Shown here: in pieces, positions 8,396 to 18,688 of the stretch
How positions within the stretch are numbered: position 1 is the first letter of the stretch
How the letters are laid out: each line of letters begins with the position of its first letter
Sequence record: SRR22947725_531
Length of the DNA stretch: 37,132 nucleotides
Strand: one strand, 5' to 3'
Translations under genes and position numbers: made by a program
The notes under the pieces: generated by a model
Told to the model about the DNA's origin: nothing
Database searches by the model: none
What the model saw: the letters and a program-made list of their open reading frames with translations, nothing else

Positions 8396-9067
8396 TCAAT
8401 AAGCACCACGCGCTGTTACTACTGCTGGTACTGTTAAAATTAATAGTTTCATATCTGTATATAGAGAACGTTGCTTGATGTAATTAAGGTCCATTTCTAC
8501 TTGCTCCTCAAAACCAATATCCCCTCTTCCTGAAACTTGCCAAATACAGGTTAACCCAGGTTTTACTAAAAGACGTTGTCTCTCTCTACTTGTGTATTTT
8601 TGGACTTCACGAACTAGTGCAGGCCTTGGTCCGACTAAGGATAAGTCGCCAATTAAAACAAGCCATAATTGAGGCAATTCATCAATACTGAATTTACGAA
8701 TAAAGCGGCCTATTAAAGTAACTCGTGGATCATTCTTCATTTTAAATGTCACACTCTCTTTGTGATCATTATCTTTAGAGAACATATTAATCAAGAGGTC
8801 TGCATTTTGGACCATTGAACGAATTTTTGGGAAATGGATTATTCTGCCATTCTGGCCAACCCTTTCCTGCCAGTAAATTGCCTCACCCTTTGAAGTTAGT
8901 CGAACGATAACGCAGATTATCATTAAAAATGGGGCTAAGACAAATAGTGCGGTTAATGAAACTGATATATCTATTGTTCTTTTAGTTAGACCATAGAAAA
9001 GGTCTCTTTTGGGTATAGTCGCATACCCAATGTCATTAGATATATTGTGTGCATTTGTTGTGTTCAT
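8396..9067 (-). CDS. Priming polyprenyl-phosphate sugar-1-phosphate transferase (bacterial sugar transferase family)
   Basis: KRTIDI, KIRSM, DPRVT, SIDELPQL, SLVGPRP, KPGLTCIWQVSGR; ATG 9067 preceded by AGGAG. Confidence 0.93.
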   Translation of the reverse strand: MNTTNAHNISNDIGYATIPKRDLFYGLTKRTIDISVSLTALFVLAPFLMIICVIVRLTSKGEAIYWQERVGQNGRIIHFPKIRSMVQNADLLINMFSKDNDHKESVTFKMKNDPRVTLIGRFIRKFSIDELPQLWLVLIGDLSLVGPRPALVREVQKYTSRERQRLLVKPGLTCIWQVSGRGDIGFEEQVEMDLNYIKQRSLYTDMKLLILTVPAVVTARGAY

Positions 9068-9100
9068 TGTAGTCTCCTGAATTAATTTCAAGAGGCTCAA

Positions 9101-9116
9101 TGCACCTTACGATCCA
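9101..9116 (-). promoter_or_regulatory. Sigma-54 -24/-12 promoter of the sugar transferase gene
   Basis: TGGATCGTAAGGTGCA: GG and GC at the canonical spacing. Confidence 0.7.
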
Positions 9117-9234
9117 TTTACATACAAAAAGTCATAAATCGCTACTTATAAACATTTTAATAAAATCAAAAAAAACAGGAATTCCAATAAATTATTACAG
9201 AAGCCACACATTAAAACATGCGTTTAGTCACACA

Positions 9235-10608
9235 TCAATCTGTAGATTTAAAAAGCTTTCTGTTAATATTATATTTCTTAATTTTATCATAAAGAGTTTT
9301 TCTCGGTATACCCAACCCTTTATAAGTTTCTTCAACAACTCCATTATTTTTCTTGAATTCTTCCTCTATGAGATACTTTTCGTAAGCCCCAACCATTTCT
9401 GGTAACTTTAAACCTTTAGGGGCACTAAAATTATCTCCGGAAATAACAACGTCAGCATCGAGACTTTCGTGCTCTTCATCTGGTAAAAACCCTGTAATGA
9501 CAAAGCGTTCAGCGATATTCCTTAATTCTCTAACATTCCCTTCCCACTCTCTAAGAATAAGCTTATTGAGTACATCATCCTCTACATTTATGAGTTCACG
9601 ATTATACTGTGTACAATACTCAAAAACAAAATGGTTAAATAACAAAGCTATATCATCTCTTCTATTCTTTAAAGCGGGTATTTTTACCGGTATGACATTT
9701 AGACGATAATAAAGGTCTTCTCTAAATGAACCTTCTTTTACTAGCTCTTTTAAATCAACCTGAGATGCTGCGATTAGGCGTATGTCTACCTTAGTCAAAC
9801 TATTACTACCGAGCTTCTCTATGGCACGTTCTTCAAGTACTCGAAGCAGTTTTACTTGCATTGCCATAGGCATGGAATTAACCTCATCTAGAAATAATGT
9901 CCCGCCATGACTCAGTTCTATTTTTCCTTTGCGAGATTTAGCTGCTCCTGTAAAAGCACCTACTTCATGGCCAAACAACTCACTATCCATAAGGCTTTCT
10001 GGGATAGCGCCACAGTTAATGGCAGTAAAAACCTGATCTGCTCTATCTGAATTATCATGAATGAACTTTGCAGTAACTTCTTTACCTGTCCCTGTTTCTC
10101 CAACAATCATGACACTCGCATCAGATGCTGCGATATTTTTACACATTTCTTTTAATTTCAGCATAGATGTCGCCTGACCAAGTAATGAAGAACTTCCTTT
10201 CTTTAAAAGGTTTTTTCTCAAAACTTTATTCTCTAGCCGTAAACTCCTTTTCTCGAGAGCTCTTTTCGCTGACTCTATTAAATAGTCTTTTGAAAGTGGT
10301 TTCTCTAGAAAATCATAAGCCCCTGACCTCAATGCTTTAACTACTGACTCTAAGTCGCCATTTCCTGTCAGTACTATGACTGGTATATCTGGATCTATGC
10401 TTTTTACTCTTTCAATTACTTCAAAGCCATCAATTTTGGGCATAGTTAAATCTGTAACAACTATTCCTGGCCATTCAGGTTCAATCTTTGAAATCATTTC
10501 AACTGGGTCATCAAAGAATGTCCCTTTAAATGGGGCCTTATGCATAATTAATTTCATTGCATAAAGAATATTATTATCATCGTCGCAAAAATATATTTCT
10601 TTTTTCAT
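9235..10608 (-). CDS. Sigma-54-dependent enhancer-binding response regulator (NtrC family, DctD-like)
   Basis: REC (DDD, TDLTMP, EKP); Walker A GETGTGKE; SELFGH.GAFTGA; LFLDE; FREDLYYRL; WEGNVREL; Fis-type HTH LGIPRKTLYDK. Confidence 0.95.
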   Translation of the reverse strand: MKKEIYFCDDDNNILYAMKLIMHKAPFKGTFFDDPVEMISKIEPEWPGIVVTDLTMPKIDGFEVIERVKSIDPDIPVIVLTGNGDLESVVKALRSGAYDFLEKPLSKDYLIESAKRALEKRSLRLENKVLRKNLLKKGSSSLLGQATSMLKLKEMCKNIAASDASVMIVGETGTGKEVTAKFIHDNSDRADQVFTAINCGAIPESLMDSELFGHEVGAFTGAAKSRKGKIELSHGGTLFLDEVNSMPMAMQVKLLRVLEERAIEKLGSNSLTKVDIRLIAASQVDLKELVKEGSFREDLYYRLNVIPVKIPALKNRRDDIALLFNHFVFEYCTQYNRELINVEDDVLNKLILREWEGNVRELRNIAERFVITGFLPDEEHESLDADVVISGDNFSAPKGLKLPEMVGAYEKYLIEEEFKKNNGVVEETYKGLGIPRKTLYDKIKKYNINRKLFKSTD

Positions 10609-10676
10609 AAGTTCCTCAGAAAAAAAATTCAGATTAACTCAGCATACAATTTATTGATATGCAAAAGCAACTATTT

Positions 10677-10694
10677 TGTGCGTTTTTTTATACA
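10677..10694. promoter_or_regulatory. Candidate enhancer (UAS) for the sigma-54 activator
   Basis: TGTGCG-N6-TATACA between the divergent activator and nitroreductase genes; resembles the DctD-type TGTGCG...CGCACA dyad. Confidence 0.5.
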
Positions 10695-10943
10695 TCGTTT
10701 TGTATGGTTAATGAAACACTACCAATACTAAAATTCATAAAGAACTTATATATAGATACTTATGAATATAAAATAACATTACTGATGTATTTTTTTTATA
10801 TATGTGGTTTTAGTGTCAATCTTTTCAAAAAAATAAATTCATAAAGTCACAAAGTACTGCTTATGTGATACTTATACCCTATTATTCTCGATTGAACTTT
10901 TATTTGCTTTAAACAGGCACTCAATCAAAAACGAGAGAACACA

Positions 10944-12332
10944 ATGAACGGACAAAAATTTTTAGAACTAGCGGGTAAAAGAAGAAGCACAAGGCTTTTT
11001 CAAGATAAACCACTAGAAGATGAAAAAGTCAGAGAGGTTATTCAAGCCGCCTTGGAGGCTCCAACTTCATGTAATAGACAACTTCTTAAAGTAGTTGTAG
11101 TTAAAGATCCTGAAGTTAAAGCAAAATGCTGTAAGTTAAGCCATGCACAACAAAGCTACTTCTATGATGCGCCTGTCATACTTTCTGTATTCTACGACAT
11201 AAGCCTGGAAAATAGGAATCCCTGTAAAACTCCTTACATCAGTACCGGAATGGCAATACAAAATATGCTATTGATGGCTGAAGCCATGGGACTAGGGGCA
11301 ATATACTTGGGCGGCATTCGTAATCCAAAAGGTATGGAAAAAGCTTTAAATGCACCTCCATTTTTACAAAACTTAGGAGTTATATGTCTTGGTTACAGAG
11401 CAGACAACCCTCCAAAGCCAAGACACAGAAGTGTTGACGACATAATTTCGTACGATAGTTGTGCTTTTCAAGAAGCAAATTTCCTCAATGATATTCGCCC
11501 AGAGAAGTGGAACTACAAACAACTAGCAGATTTTAGGGAACAACTATTATGGTATAAAGGCATAGGTATTGATGCTAGAATTAAACATGTAGATTCAGCT
11601 CCTAGATTTTCATTAAAAAATAACTTTGTTTATCAAACTCTTGGAAGGATGATTCAAAGTATAAAGAGCCCAGCTAAGTACTTAGATGTCATGCCATTCA
11701 ATGGAGACCCTCTTCTACAACTAAAATTAATGTCTGGTAATGAAATTGATACTATCTACTCTTATGAACAAACTGAAAACATAAATAAGTACATGAGAAA
11801 AAGACTCAATGAAATTATCAGTCTAGATAAAATTGAGTTTTTGAGCAATAGCAAAACTGATGAGGTCTCCATCCCATTAGACGATAACAGTGTTGATGTA
11901 ATTAGCTGCTGCGAAAAAATCAATCAATTCCACGATCCAAAGCCACTATTAAAAGAGATTAAGAGAATTATGCGAAAAGGTGGTAAAGCCCTCTTTTTAG
12001 TAAGTAATAAACTCTACCCTCACCTGTACCATTACAAAAGGTTAAAGAATAAACAATATGCTCTTGGGCGTAATTGGAACCATGGCCCTGAATGTAAACT
12101 TTCTCATTGGGAGGTCTTAAAGCTCTTCAAGGAATTGAATTTCAAAGTAACCAGAAGTTATGGCTTAAATCCAATAGAAAATAAATTCGCAAGACTTACC
12201 TCAAAGCTTTTCAAAAAGATGAGTATGACTTCAAACTCTGATCTTTATGAAGATAAAGCACGTCATTCTTATGTAACTGAATCAAAATTAAAAAACTTTA
12301 GCGAGACACTGGCTTATGAAATCACATTATGA
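10944..12332 (+). CDS. Nitroreductase-family domain fused to a C-terminal SAM-methyltransferase-like domain
   Basis: RRSTRLF, APTSCNRQ, GMAIQNMLL.AEAMGLG, LGY (nitroreductase); IPLDDNSVDVI...DP..LLKEIKRIMRKGG (class I MTase). Confidence 0.8.
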   Translation: MNGQKFLELAGKRRSTRLFQDKPLEDEKVREVIQAALEAPTSCNRQLLKVVVVKDPEVKAKCCKLSHAQQSYFYDAPVILSVFYDISLENRNPCKTPYISTGMAIQNMLLMAEAMGLGAIYLGGIRNPKGMEKALNAPPFLQNLGVICLGYRADNPPKPRHRSVDDIISYDSCAFQEANFLNDIRPEKWNYKQLADFREQLLWYKGIGIDARIKHVDSAPRFSLKNNFVYQTLGRMIQSIKSPAKYLDVMPFNGDPLLQLKLMSGNEIDTIYSYEQTENINKYMRKRLNEIISLDKIEFLSNSKTDEVSIPLDDNSVDVISCCEKINQFHDPKPLLKEIKRIMRKGGKALFLVSNKLYPHLYHYKRLKNKQYALGRNWNHGPECKLSHWEVLKLFKELNFKVTRSYGLNPIENKFARLTSKLFKKMSMTSNSDLYEDKARHSYVTESKLKNFSETLAYEITL

Positions 12333-13587
12333 AAATGCCTTAAACAGGCTAGAACTCTGGATTAATAGTATTAGAACAGAAGATGGCTACCATGGACCTG
12401 CGATTGGCCCTAGAAGCACTCAATTAGGTTGTTGTCTTGTTGGCTTCGACTGGCGCTATGAAGGTCTGCTCAATGGCTGGATAAACTTACATAAATCAAC
12501 AGGTAAGATGAAATACCTGAAAAGAATACAAGAAGATTTAGATCAAATCACTAATGCTCAATTATTAAATGGTACTTTTCGAAACTCTCATTTCAGCGAA
12601 GGTCCATTTGAAGGTGGGATGCCCCACGAACCTGCCATGTTAAATGCTGCAGTGAAAGCGGCAGTTTATCTGGAGAAACATAAGTATGGCAACACTCATA
12701 ATTTAAGAGAGTGTGTAAGGAAATACATTGATACATACTTAATAAGTCACTTATGGAATAAGCTATTGAAAACATTCAATAATTGGCCATTTAGTGAGTT
12801 TGAGAAATACAGCCCATACTGTGTAGCTGCAGCCGTAGAATTAATTTATGATTACGGAATTTGGCAAGATAAATTAGAGAATTACGAAAGCTACATAGTG
12901 GCAGCTACTGAGTCAATGATAAAAGTTCAATGCACAGTCGGTACCTGCGCTGGAGGATTCCCCACTCTTTCTTCTCATACCAAGGGTTTTGTTCCGTTAT
13001 TTACTGCCAGATGCTTTCGAGCATTACAGGTTGCCAACCTACTGACTAATGACAACCGGTATATTCATTCCTTAGACAAAGCTAAGGCCTACGTAAGAAG
13101 GTCAGCCCTTGATGAAGGTGGCTTTTATCGCTTAACATACAATGACCGTGAACCTATAACTTACCCATTAATGATAGGTGCTGTAGCTAGTATACTTGAA
13201 TCATTCAGCAGAGTCGATGACCTCAAAAAAGATGAACTTGAACGGCACCTGCCTTTAATTCTTAGCGAACAGCTCCCAAGTGGAGGTTTTGCAACAGCCA
13301 TAGGGTTCAATAAGACCAAGAAGCCAAAAGATAATGAATTAAGGGACTACCGTGATTTGTTCCCTGTTTGTGCCTGGAATGACAAAGTCTTTCATCTACT
13401 CACAACGGTAGCTGATGGTACTACCATATGTAAAAGTTCTATAAAGGCCAACCTACAAGTTAAGATAAACGGTAAGGTTGGTACCTACATTGAAACTCCC
13501 CAGGAAATTACCCTTATGAATAATAAACATCAAATAGTTTATCAATGGCTCAAAAAAAATAGCTGGCCACTGAAAATAGCACTTTAA
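12316..13587 (+). CDS. Uncharacterised protein, probable (alpha/alpha) toroid fold
   Basis: Repeated Q..(N/S)G(G/T)F-type motifs (QLLNGTF, ALDEGGF, QLPSGGF) and TG..KYL; overlaps the upstream gene. Confidence 0.6.
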   Translation: MKSHYENALNRLELWINSIRTEDGYHGPAIGPRSTQLGCCLVGFDWRYEGLLNGWINLHKSTGKMKYLKRIQEDLDQITNAQLLNGTFRNSHFSEGPFEGGMPHEPAMLNAAVKAAVYLEKHKYGNTHNLRECVRKYIDTYLISHLWNKLLKTFNNWPFSEFEKYSPYCVAAAVELIYDYGIWQDKLENYESYIVAATESMIKVQCTVGTCAGGFPTLSSHTKGFVPLFTARCFRALQVANLLTNDNRYIHSLDKAKAYVRRSALDEGGFYRLTYNDREPITYPLMIGAVASILESFSRVDDLKKDELERHLPLILSEQLPSGGFATAIGFNKTKKPKDNELRDYRDLFPVCAWNDKVFHLLTTVADGTTICKSSIKANLQVKINGKVGTYIETPQEITLMNNKHQIVYQWLKKNSWPLKIAL

Positions 13588-13603
13588 AAAGGTAGGTGAC
13601 AAA

Positions 13604-14851
13604 ATGAAAAAAATGTTAATTATTAATGAAAGAATGGGCCGATTTTCTGGAGCTGAGCAGAATATTTTTGTAACTCTCCCATTCATAAGCGAAAAATTCA
13701 AAGTACATTTCCTTTACAATGAGAATACCGGCAAAGGCATAGATGAACTCGACAAATATATTGAAGGCAGTACACAAGTTGATTTCATCAAAGAAGGAAG
13801 AGAAAAGTTTAAAGAGACAAAGAAAATACTTGAAGAAATAAAGCCTGATATAATCTACGCCCATAAGTGTATGAATGTTTCCATGCTAAAAGCACTTAGA
13901 GCTTTTGGTGTCCCCTTAGTTCGAATGCAGCATGATCATGATATGTATTGTATGAGAAGCTATAAGTATAATCCATTAAATAGAGAGATCTGCACAAAGA
14001 AGGCTGGATTAAAATGTGTATTCCCTTGCATGGCTTCATTAAAGAGAGACCGCGATTCAAAATTAGGCTTTACATGGGTAAGCTACTTTAAGCAGATGCA
14101 GCAGTTAAAAATCAATAAAACGTTTGATGAAGTTTTTGTGGTAACTGAATATATGAAACAAGAGCTGATGACTCAAGGATTTGATGAAGAAAAAATTTCT
14201 ATTTTCCCGCCTGTCCCAAGGGAAAATAAAGATGTTGTAGAAAGTGAATTCTCCGATGAGAATATAATTATTTTTGCGACACAGATTATTAGAGGCAAAG
14301 GCCTAGATTGCTTAATTCAGGCTTTATCTAAAGTAAAAAGTAATTTTAAACTTTTAGTCTTTGGTGAAGGTGCTCACAAATCAACCTGCCAAGAACTTGT
14401 GAAAGAGCTTAATTTAGAAGATAAAGTTATTTTTAAAGGCTTTGTGAGCCAGGAAGAACTCAAAGAGTCTTATAGAAACGCCAGTATTGGAACTGTCCCA
14501 TCGGTATGGCCAGAGCCCATAGCGACTGTCGGCTTAGAATTCCTTAGGCATGGACTCCCTGTTATTGGATTTGATGCTGGAGGCATAAAAGATTGGTTAA
14601 AAGATGGAGAGACCGGTTTTTTATTACCATGGATGGATATTGAAGGAATGACTCAAAAAATTGATTTACTTCTCCAAAATAAAGATCTCGCAAAAAATTT
14701 AGGTCATCGTGGTCGTGAGTTCGTTAATCAAAGCTATAATTTTTCTGCTTACATCAACAGGTTGACGAATCATTTAGCACTACTCGCAGACCGCAGCCTA
14801 ACTAAATGTACACCACCTCTATTAGTTCACTCTAAAGTGGCAAACATGTGA
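13604..14851 (+). CDS. Glycosyltransferase family 4
   Basis: GAEQ, KGLD.LI.A, PSVWPEP...VGLE...GLPVIG...GGI.DW..DGETG. Confidence 0.92.
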   Translation: MKKMLIINERMGRFSGAEQNIFVTLPFISEKFKVHFLYNENTGKGIDELDKYIEGSTQVDFIKEGREKFKETKKILEEIKPDIIYAHKCMNVSMLKALRAFGVPLVRMQHDHDMYCMRSYKYNPLNREICTKKAGLKCVFPCMASLKRDRDSKLGFTWVSYFKQMQQLKINKTFDEVFVVTEYMKQELMTQGFDEEKISIFPPVPRENKDVVESEFSDENIIIFATQIIRGKGLDCLIQALSKVKSNFKLLVFGEGAHKSTCQELVKELNLEDKVIFKGFVSQEELKESYRNASIGTVPSVWPEPIATVGLEFLRHGLPVIGFDAGGIKDWLKDGETGFLLPWMDIEGMTQKIDLLLQNKDLAKNLGHRGREFVNQSYNFSAYINRLTNHLALLADRSLTKCTPPLLVHSKVANM

Positions 14852-16278
14852 GTGAATATAAGTACATAATTTTCTTTCTCACTTTACTTGTTGGAGTTCC
14901 CGTTGGCATTGTCCTATGCCAAGTACATAAAATATTTACCAAAATTTTTATGGTTATCATGATATGGGCAACTGCAGAACCAGATAAGGTTGGGATAAAC
15001 TTTGTATCAAGGGAATTTTACAGAGCTGCTACAAGGGGATTCGAAATAAGTATGCTTGATATATGTGTGCTTATACTGGCTGGTAATCTATTGATCAATT
15101 GGTCAGAGAATAAGCGAGTCATATTCCCGGCAATGACCATTCCATATGCTATATACTTAGGCCTTGGTTTTATTTCATGGGCAATAAATGCAGAAAATAT
15201 GTTAGTTCCGGGCCCAGTTGTGGTTAAGCAGTATACAGTTATTCCTCCTCCATATGCATATTTTGAGACTCACCTCTACCCTTTATTTGAAATGAGTAAA
15301 ATTTTGAGAGGAGTGTTTCTATTTTGGGTATTAGTTAATTATTTACAAGATAAAGAATATTTTCAGGTCATTTTTATCGGCCTCGGATTGACTGCTTTTT
15401 ACTTAACCGGCTTAGCCCTCCAAGACCGTTACATGAAAGGAGTCCATAGGGTTAAAACTACTTTAGGGCATGCCAATTCATTTTCTACATATATGGCCAT
15501 GATGGGGTGTGTACTAGTTCCAATTTTACTCAATTCAAAATCAGTAATAGTAAGTCTCATAATCAGTTTTTTAATAGCCTGTACAGGTATCTCTGTGGTT
15601 TTAACAATTTCTAGAGGCGGTTTACTTGCCTTCGGAATAGGTGCATGTTGTAGCCTAGCATTAATTTTCTATCGAATTATCACTGTAAAAAATATAGTAC
15701 TAATTTTTGCAGGTATATTATTTGCCGGTGCCATTTTATTTAAGTCCTCAGATACATTACTGAAAAGGTTTGTTGGAGATCAAGATGCAACAAAAGACAT
15801 GGAGTACCGAGGAAAGTATAACTCAAAAGCTAAATTAATGGCTTCCGAAAGAATTTTTGGTGTTGGCCTAGGAAACTTCTCTGCTTGGTCTTGGTCAAAA
15901 TACGCTGCACAAGTTGATGAGAATTTACCACCGGGAACCCCCCCACACAATATTTGGTACATCAATTTAGGAGAGCTAGGTTATCCTGGTCTTATTGCAT
16001 TCATGTTAATTTGGCTACGCTTCTATTCAGTGATCATACCAGTTATTTACAAAACTAGAAATCAAAACTTTTTACATTTCGTCGCTGTGTCATGCTTCTC
16101 AACAAGCCTCGTTTTACATGTGCAAAGCATGCTTCAATTAGGCTACAGACAAAGTCCACAATTTTTCTTTATGATCATTTTTACAGCAATGGCCGTGGCT
16201 ATACATCACTTGGCGAACTCAGAGGATAGTCCCAAAGAAGAAAGTGAAAATAATGATACAATATTCGCACATACCTAA
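14848..16278 (+). CDS. O-antigen ligase / Wzy-type polymerase
   Basis: Many TM segments; R...TLGHAN, LTISRGG, FGVGLGNF, PHN.W...GELG.PG; GTG start overlapping the upstream stop. Confidence 0.88.
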   Translation: MSEYKYIIFFLTLLVGVPVGIVLCQVHKIFTKIFMVIMIWATAEPDKVGINFVSREFYRAATRGFEISMLDICVLILAGNLLINWSENKRVIFPAMTIPYAIYLGLGFISWAINAENMLVPGPVVVKQYTVIPPPYAYFETHLYPLFEMSKILRGVFLFWVLVNYLQDKEYFQVIFIGLGLTAFYLTGLALQDRYMKGVHRVKTTLGHANSFSTYMAMMGCVLVPILLNSKSVIVSLIISFLIACTGISVVLTISRGGLLAFGIGACCSLALIFYRIITVKNIVLIFAGILFAGAILFKSSDTLLKRFVGDQDATKDMEYRGKYNSKAKLMASERIFGVGLGNFSAWSWSKYAAQVDENLPPGTPPHNIWYINLGELGYPGLIAFMLIWLRFYSVIIPVIYKTRNQNFLHFVAVSCFSTSLVLHVQSMLQLGYRQSPQFFFMIIFTAMAVAIHHLANSEDSPKEESENNDTIFAHT

Positions 16279-16379
16279 AGTATTTCAAAAAAAACAAATT
16301 TTTAAATGTTATTATAAAAAATATAAAGTACTAATATTCAATATATTACAAATAAAAATAAACAACTTACATTAATTAT

Positions 16380-16395
16380 TGGCAAGCTATATGCT
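16380..16395 (+). promoter_or_regulatory. Sigma-54 -24/-12 promoter of the ExeA-like ATPase gene
   Basis: TGGCAAGCTATATGCT, 33 bp before ATG 16429. Confidence 0.75.
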
Positions 16396-16428
16396 AGTAT
16401 ATAGTCAACCCTAACCAAACTGAAATTT

Positions 16429-17271
16429 ATGAGTAGTTATACACACAGAGACCAAATAAGATCAGCTTTTGAAGCAAGTGCAGATCCGCGTTTTTTTTAT
16501 GATAGCGCGCATCATTCTGAAGCACTTGCTCGCTTATTGTATATAAGCAATGATCAGGGTATGAACATAGGTGTAGTAACTGGTAATATTGGTTCCGGAA
16601 AGACCTTACTGTGCAGGACACTGTGCACCCAACTTAAGCATGATAGGTACGCTACCGTTTATATACCTACAGTAAATATTCCATTTGAAGCCTTAATTGA
16701 TTGTTGTATATATCAAATTACTGGGAACCATGCTCCAATGGAAATTCAAGGTAATAGATACTTACTATTAATTGAATTCCACAAAGCTCTTGAAGAGCAC
16801 ATTATAAGAAGTGGTAGACATTTAGTTTTAATACTGGATGAATGTCAAATGCTTTCGCAAGATTGCTTAGAGAACCTTAAGTGCCTAACAAACACACCTA
16901 ATGGAAACTCTCCTCTTACACTAGTTTTGTGTGGTCAACCAGAATTTAATGTTTTACTGAATAATTCACCAACTGTAAATCAAAGAGTTGGGTTAATGTA
17001 TTTCTTACCCTACCTGCCTAAAGACGAAATTTACCCTTATATTTCTCATAGGTTAAATCAAATTTCTAAGACACTTACAATGGATGAAAATGCCCTTGAC
17101 TTAATTTATGACTTTTCTAAAGGTTGTCCTAGAGAGATTAATAAAGTTTGTAAACTCGCTTATGAACAAGTTAATCAAGATACGGAAATTAATTTTTCAT
17201 CAGATGTCTTTAGTTTAATAATCAACGACATACATGAACAGCGTCAGATAATGACAATGATGAATGCCTAA
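16429..17271 (+). CDS. ExeA/GspA-family AAA+ ATPase (as found in exosortase/PEP-CTERM loci)
   Basis: DPRFFY.S..H.EAL.RL.Y, Walker A GNIGSGKT, Walker B LILDECQ, L.GQPE, S.G.PREIN. Confidence 0.9.
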   Translation: MSSYTHRDQIRSAFEASADPRFFYDSAHHSEALARLLYISNDQGMNIGVVTGNIGSGKTLLCRTLCTQLKHDRYATVYIPTVNIPFEALIDCCIYQITGNHAPMEIQGNRYLLLIEFHKALEEHIIRSGRHLVLILDECQMLSQDCLENLKCLTNTPNGNSPLTLVLCGQPEFNVLLNNSPTVNQRVGLMYFLPYLPKDEIYPYISHRLNQISKTLTMDENALDLIYDFSKGCPREINKVCKLAYEQVNQDTEINFSSDVFSLIINDIHEQRQIMTMMNA

Positions 17272-17654
17272 TCAAATTCGCTAAACCTTCGTCTCTAAGC
17301 CCACCGCTACACTACTTATACTACAGTGAACCTTTTGTCTTAACTTAGACTATTAATTACCCTGTATAGCCATAAACATCTAAGTACTTATAAGAACTGA
17401 ATTTAAATGTTGCTTTAAGATTTAACACGGCAAAAAAGCATTTAATTCAAGATCATGTCTATATACTAATCTCAAATACTCCCCAAACTACCTCGAGAAA
17501 AATGAGTACTTAATTAATTCAAATACAAATTAGGAATCAGCTATTCCTCTTCTAATCCTTGGCTACAATAGCAGGTATATAATACCCAACTTTTTTATCT
17601 CCCTGAAATAGCTCTACTCATCCTTTTTATTTCTAGATTTTGCTACAATGCTGA

Positions 17655-17694
17655 CTATACCCTTTTACACACAGCTATAACTTTTTACACACAA
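17655..17694 (+). repeat. Tandem 20-bp direct repeat, probable tandem activator sites
   Basis: CTATACCCTTTTACACACAG / CTATAACTTTTTACACACAA (17/20 identical), each containing CACACA. Confidence 0.7.
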
Positions 17695-17830
17695 CTCATG
17701 GGCACTCAACAAAAAAAGACACCCGCAAAAAATACATAAAGTGCTTACTGTGTTAATCTTATAATTTTAAGATTAGTAAATAAACCGAGAATTGCTAAAT
17801 GGAGTCATCTTTATTTAAGGAAGTTATAAG

Positions 17831-18688
17831 ATGAGTAAAAATAATAGAATAGCAATAATTATGAGATCTAAGAATGAGCAACCTTATACGGATAAGGCAC
17901 TCAGAAATTTAAAGAACCAAACATTCACCAATTACAAACTATACAATATAGACTCTGGCTCTACAGATGGAACTTTAGAAGTCATCAAAAAGTATAACGA
18001 CAAAGTAATTTCTATACCTCAAGAATCATACATTCCTGGACAGGTATTAAATGAAATGATTTCCCAAACTAATGAACAACTAATTGTCTTTCTTAATGCA
18101 GATGCCATACCGACAGATAAATTTTGGCTTGAAAGACTTTTGGAGCCAATTTTGGCAGATAAAGTCGATGCAACCATATCACGTCAAATTTCGAGAGATG
18201 ATGCTTACTTCATAGTACATGACGATTATAAACGTGGATATAAATCAAGAAACATACAGAAGAATGCTCATGTAATGTTCTCCGCTGTAGCATGTGCTTT
18301 TAAGAAGGAAATGTGGGAAACAGTAAAGTTTTATACAGATGGTTATGCAGAAGACCTGGTGTGGGCTACTCAGTGTTCACAAAAAGGTTTTAGATTTCTA
18401 TATGTACATGATTCTATTGTCGAACACTCTCATAACTATTCCCTTCAACAACTCTTTAAGAAAAAATTCAGACATGGAAGAGTTTACTTCAGACTTTTAG
18501 GTCAAAAACCAAATTTCCTTAAGCAAACCATTTCATGGAGTAAAGAGATTATCAGGGACCTACTTAAAGCTATGAAAAATATGAAATTACAGACCATACC
18601 ATACAATATTGTCTATAGATCAATAATTCACTTAGCAGTCTATAAAGGCATTAGATTCGCACACATAAATACGGAGAAAAAACTATGA
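17831..18688 (+). CDS. Glycosyltransferase family 2 (rhamnosyltransferase-like)
   Basis: RSKNE, IDSGSTDGT, FLNADA.P, AED..W, HSHNY. Confidence 0.9.
   Translation: MSKNNRIAIIMRSKNEQPYTDKALRNLKNQTFTNYKLYNIDSGSTDGTLEVIKKYNDKVISIPQESYIPGQVLNEMISQTNEQLIVFLNADAIPTDKFWLERLLEPILADKVDATISRQISRDDAYFIVHDDYKRGYKSRNIQKNAHVMFSAVACAFKKEMWETVKFYTDGYAEDLVWATQCSQKGFRFLYVHDSIVEHSHNYSLQQLFKKKFRHGRVYFRLLGQKPNFLKQTISWSKEIIRDLLKAMKNMKLQTIPYNIVYRSIIHLAVYKGIRFAHINTEKKL

Noticed and set aside
10659-10844. 61-aa plus-strand ORF between divergent genes
   Set aside because: Overlaps the regulatory motifs; F/Y/I-rich composition typical of non-coding AT-rich DNA
17272-17650. Long intergenic stretch as CRISPR, MITE or pseudogene
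   Set aside because: No regularly spaced repeats, terminal inverted repeats or recognisable protein remnant
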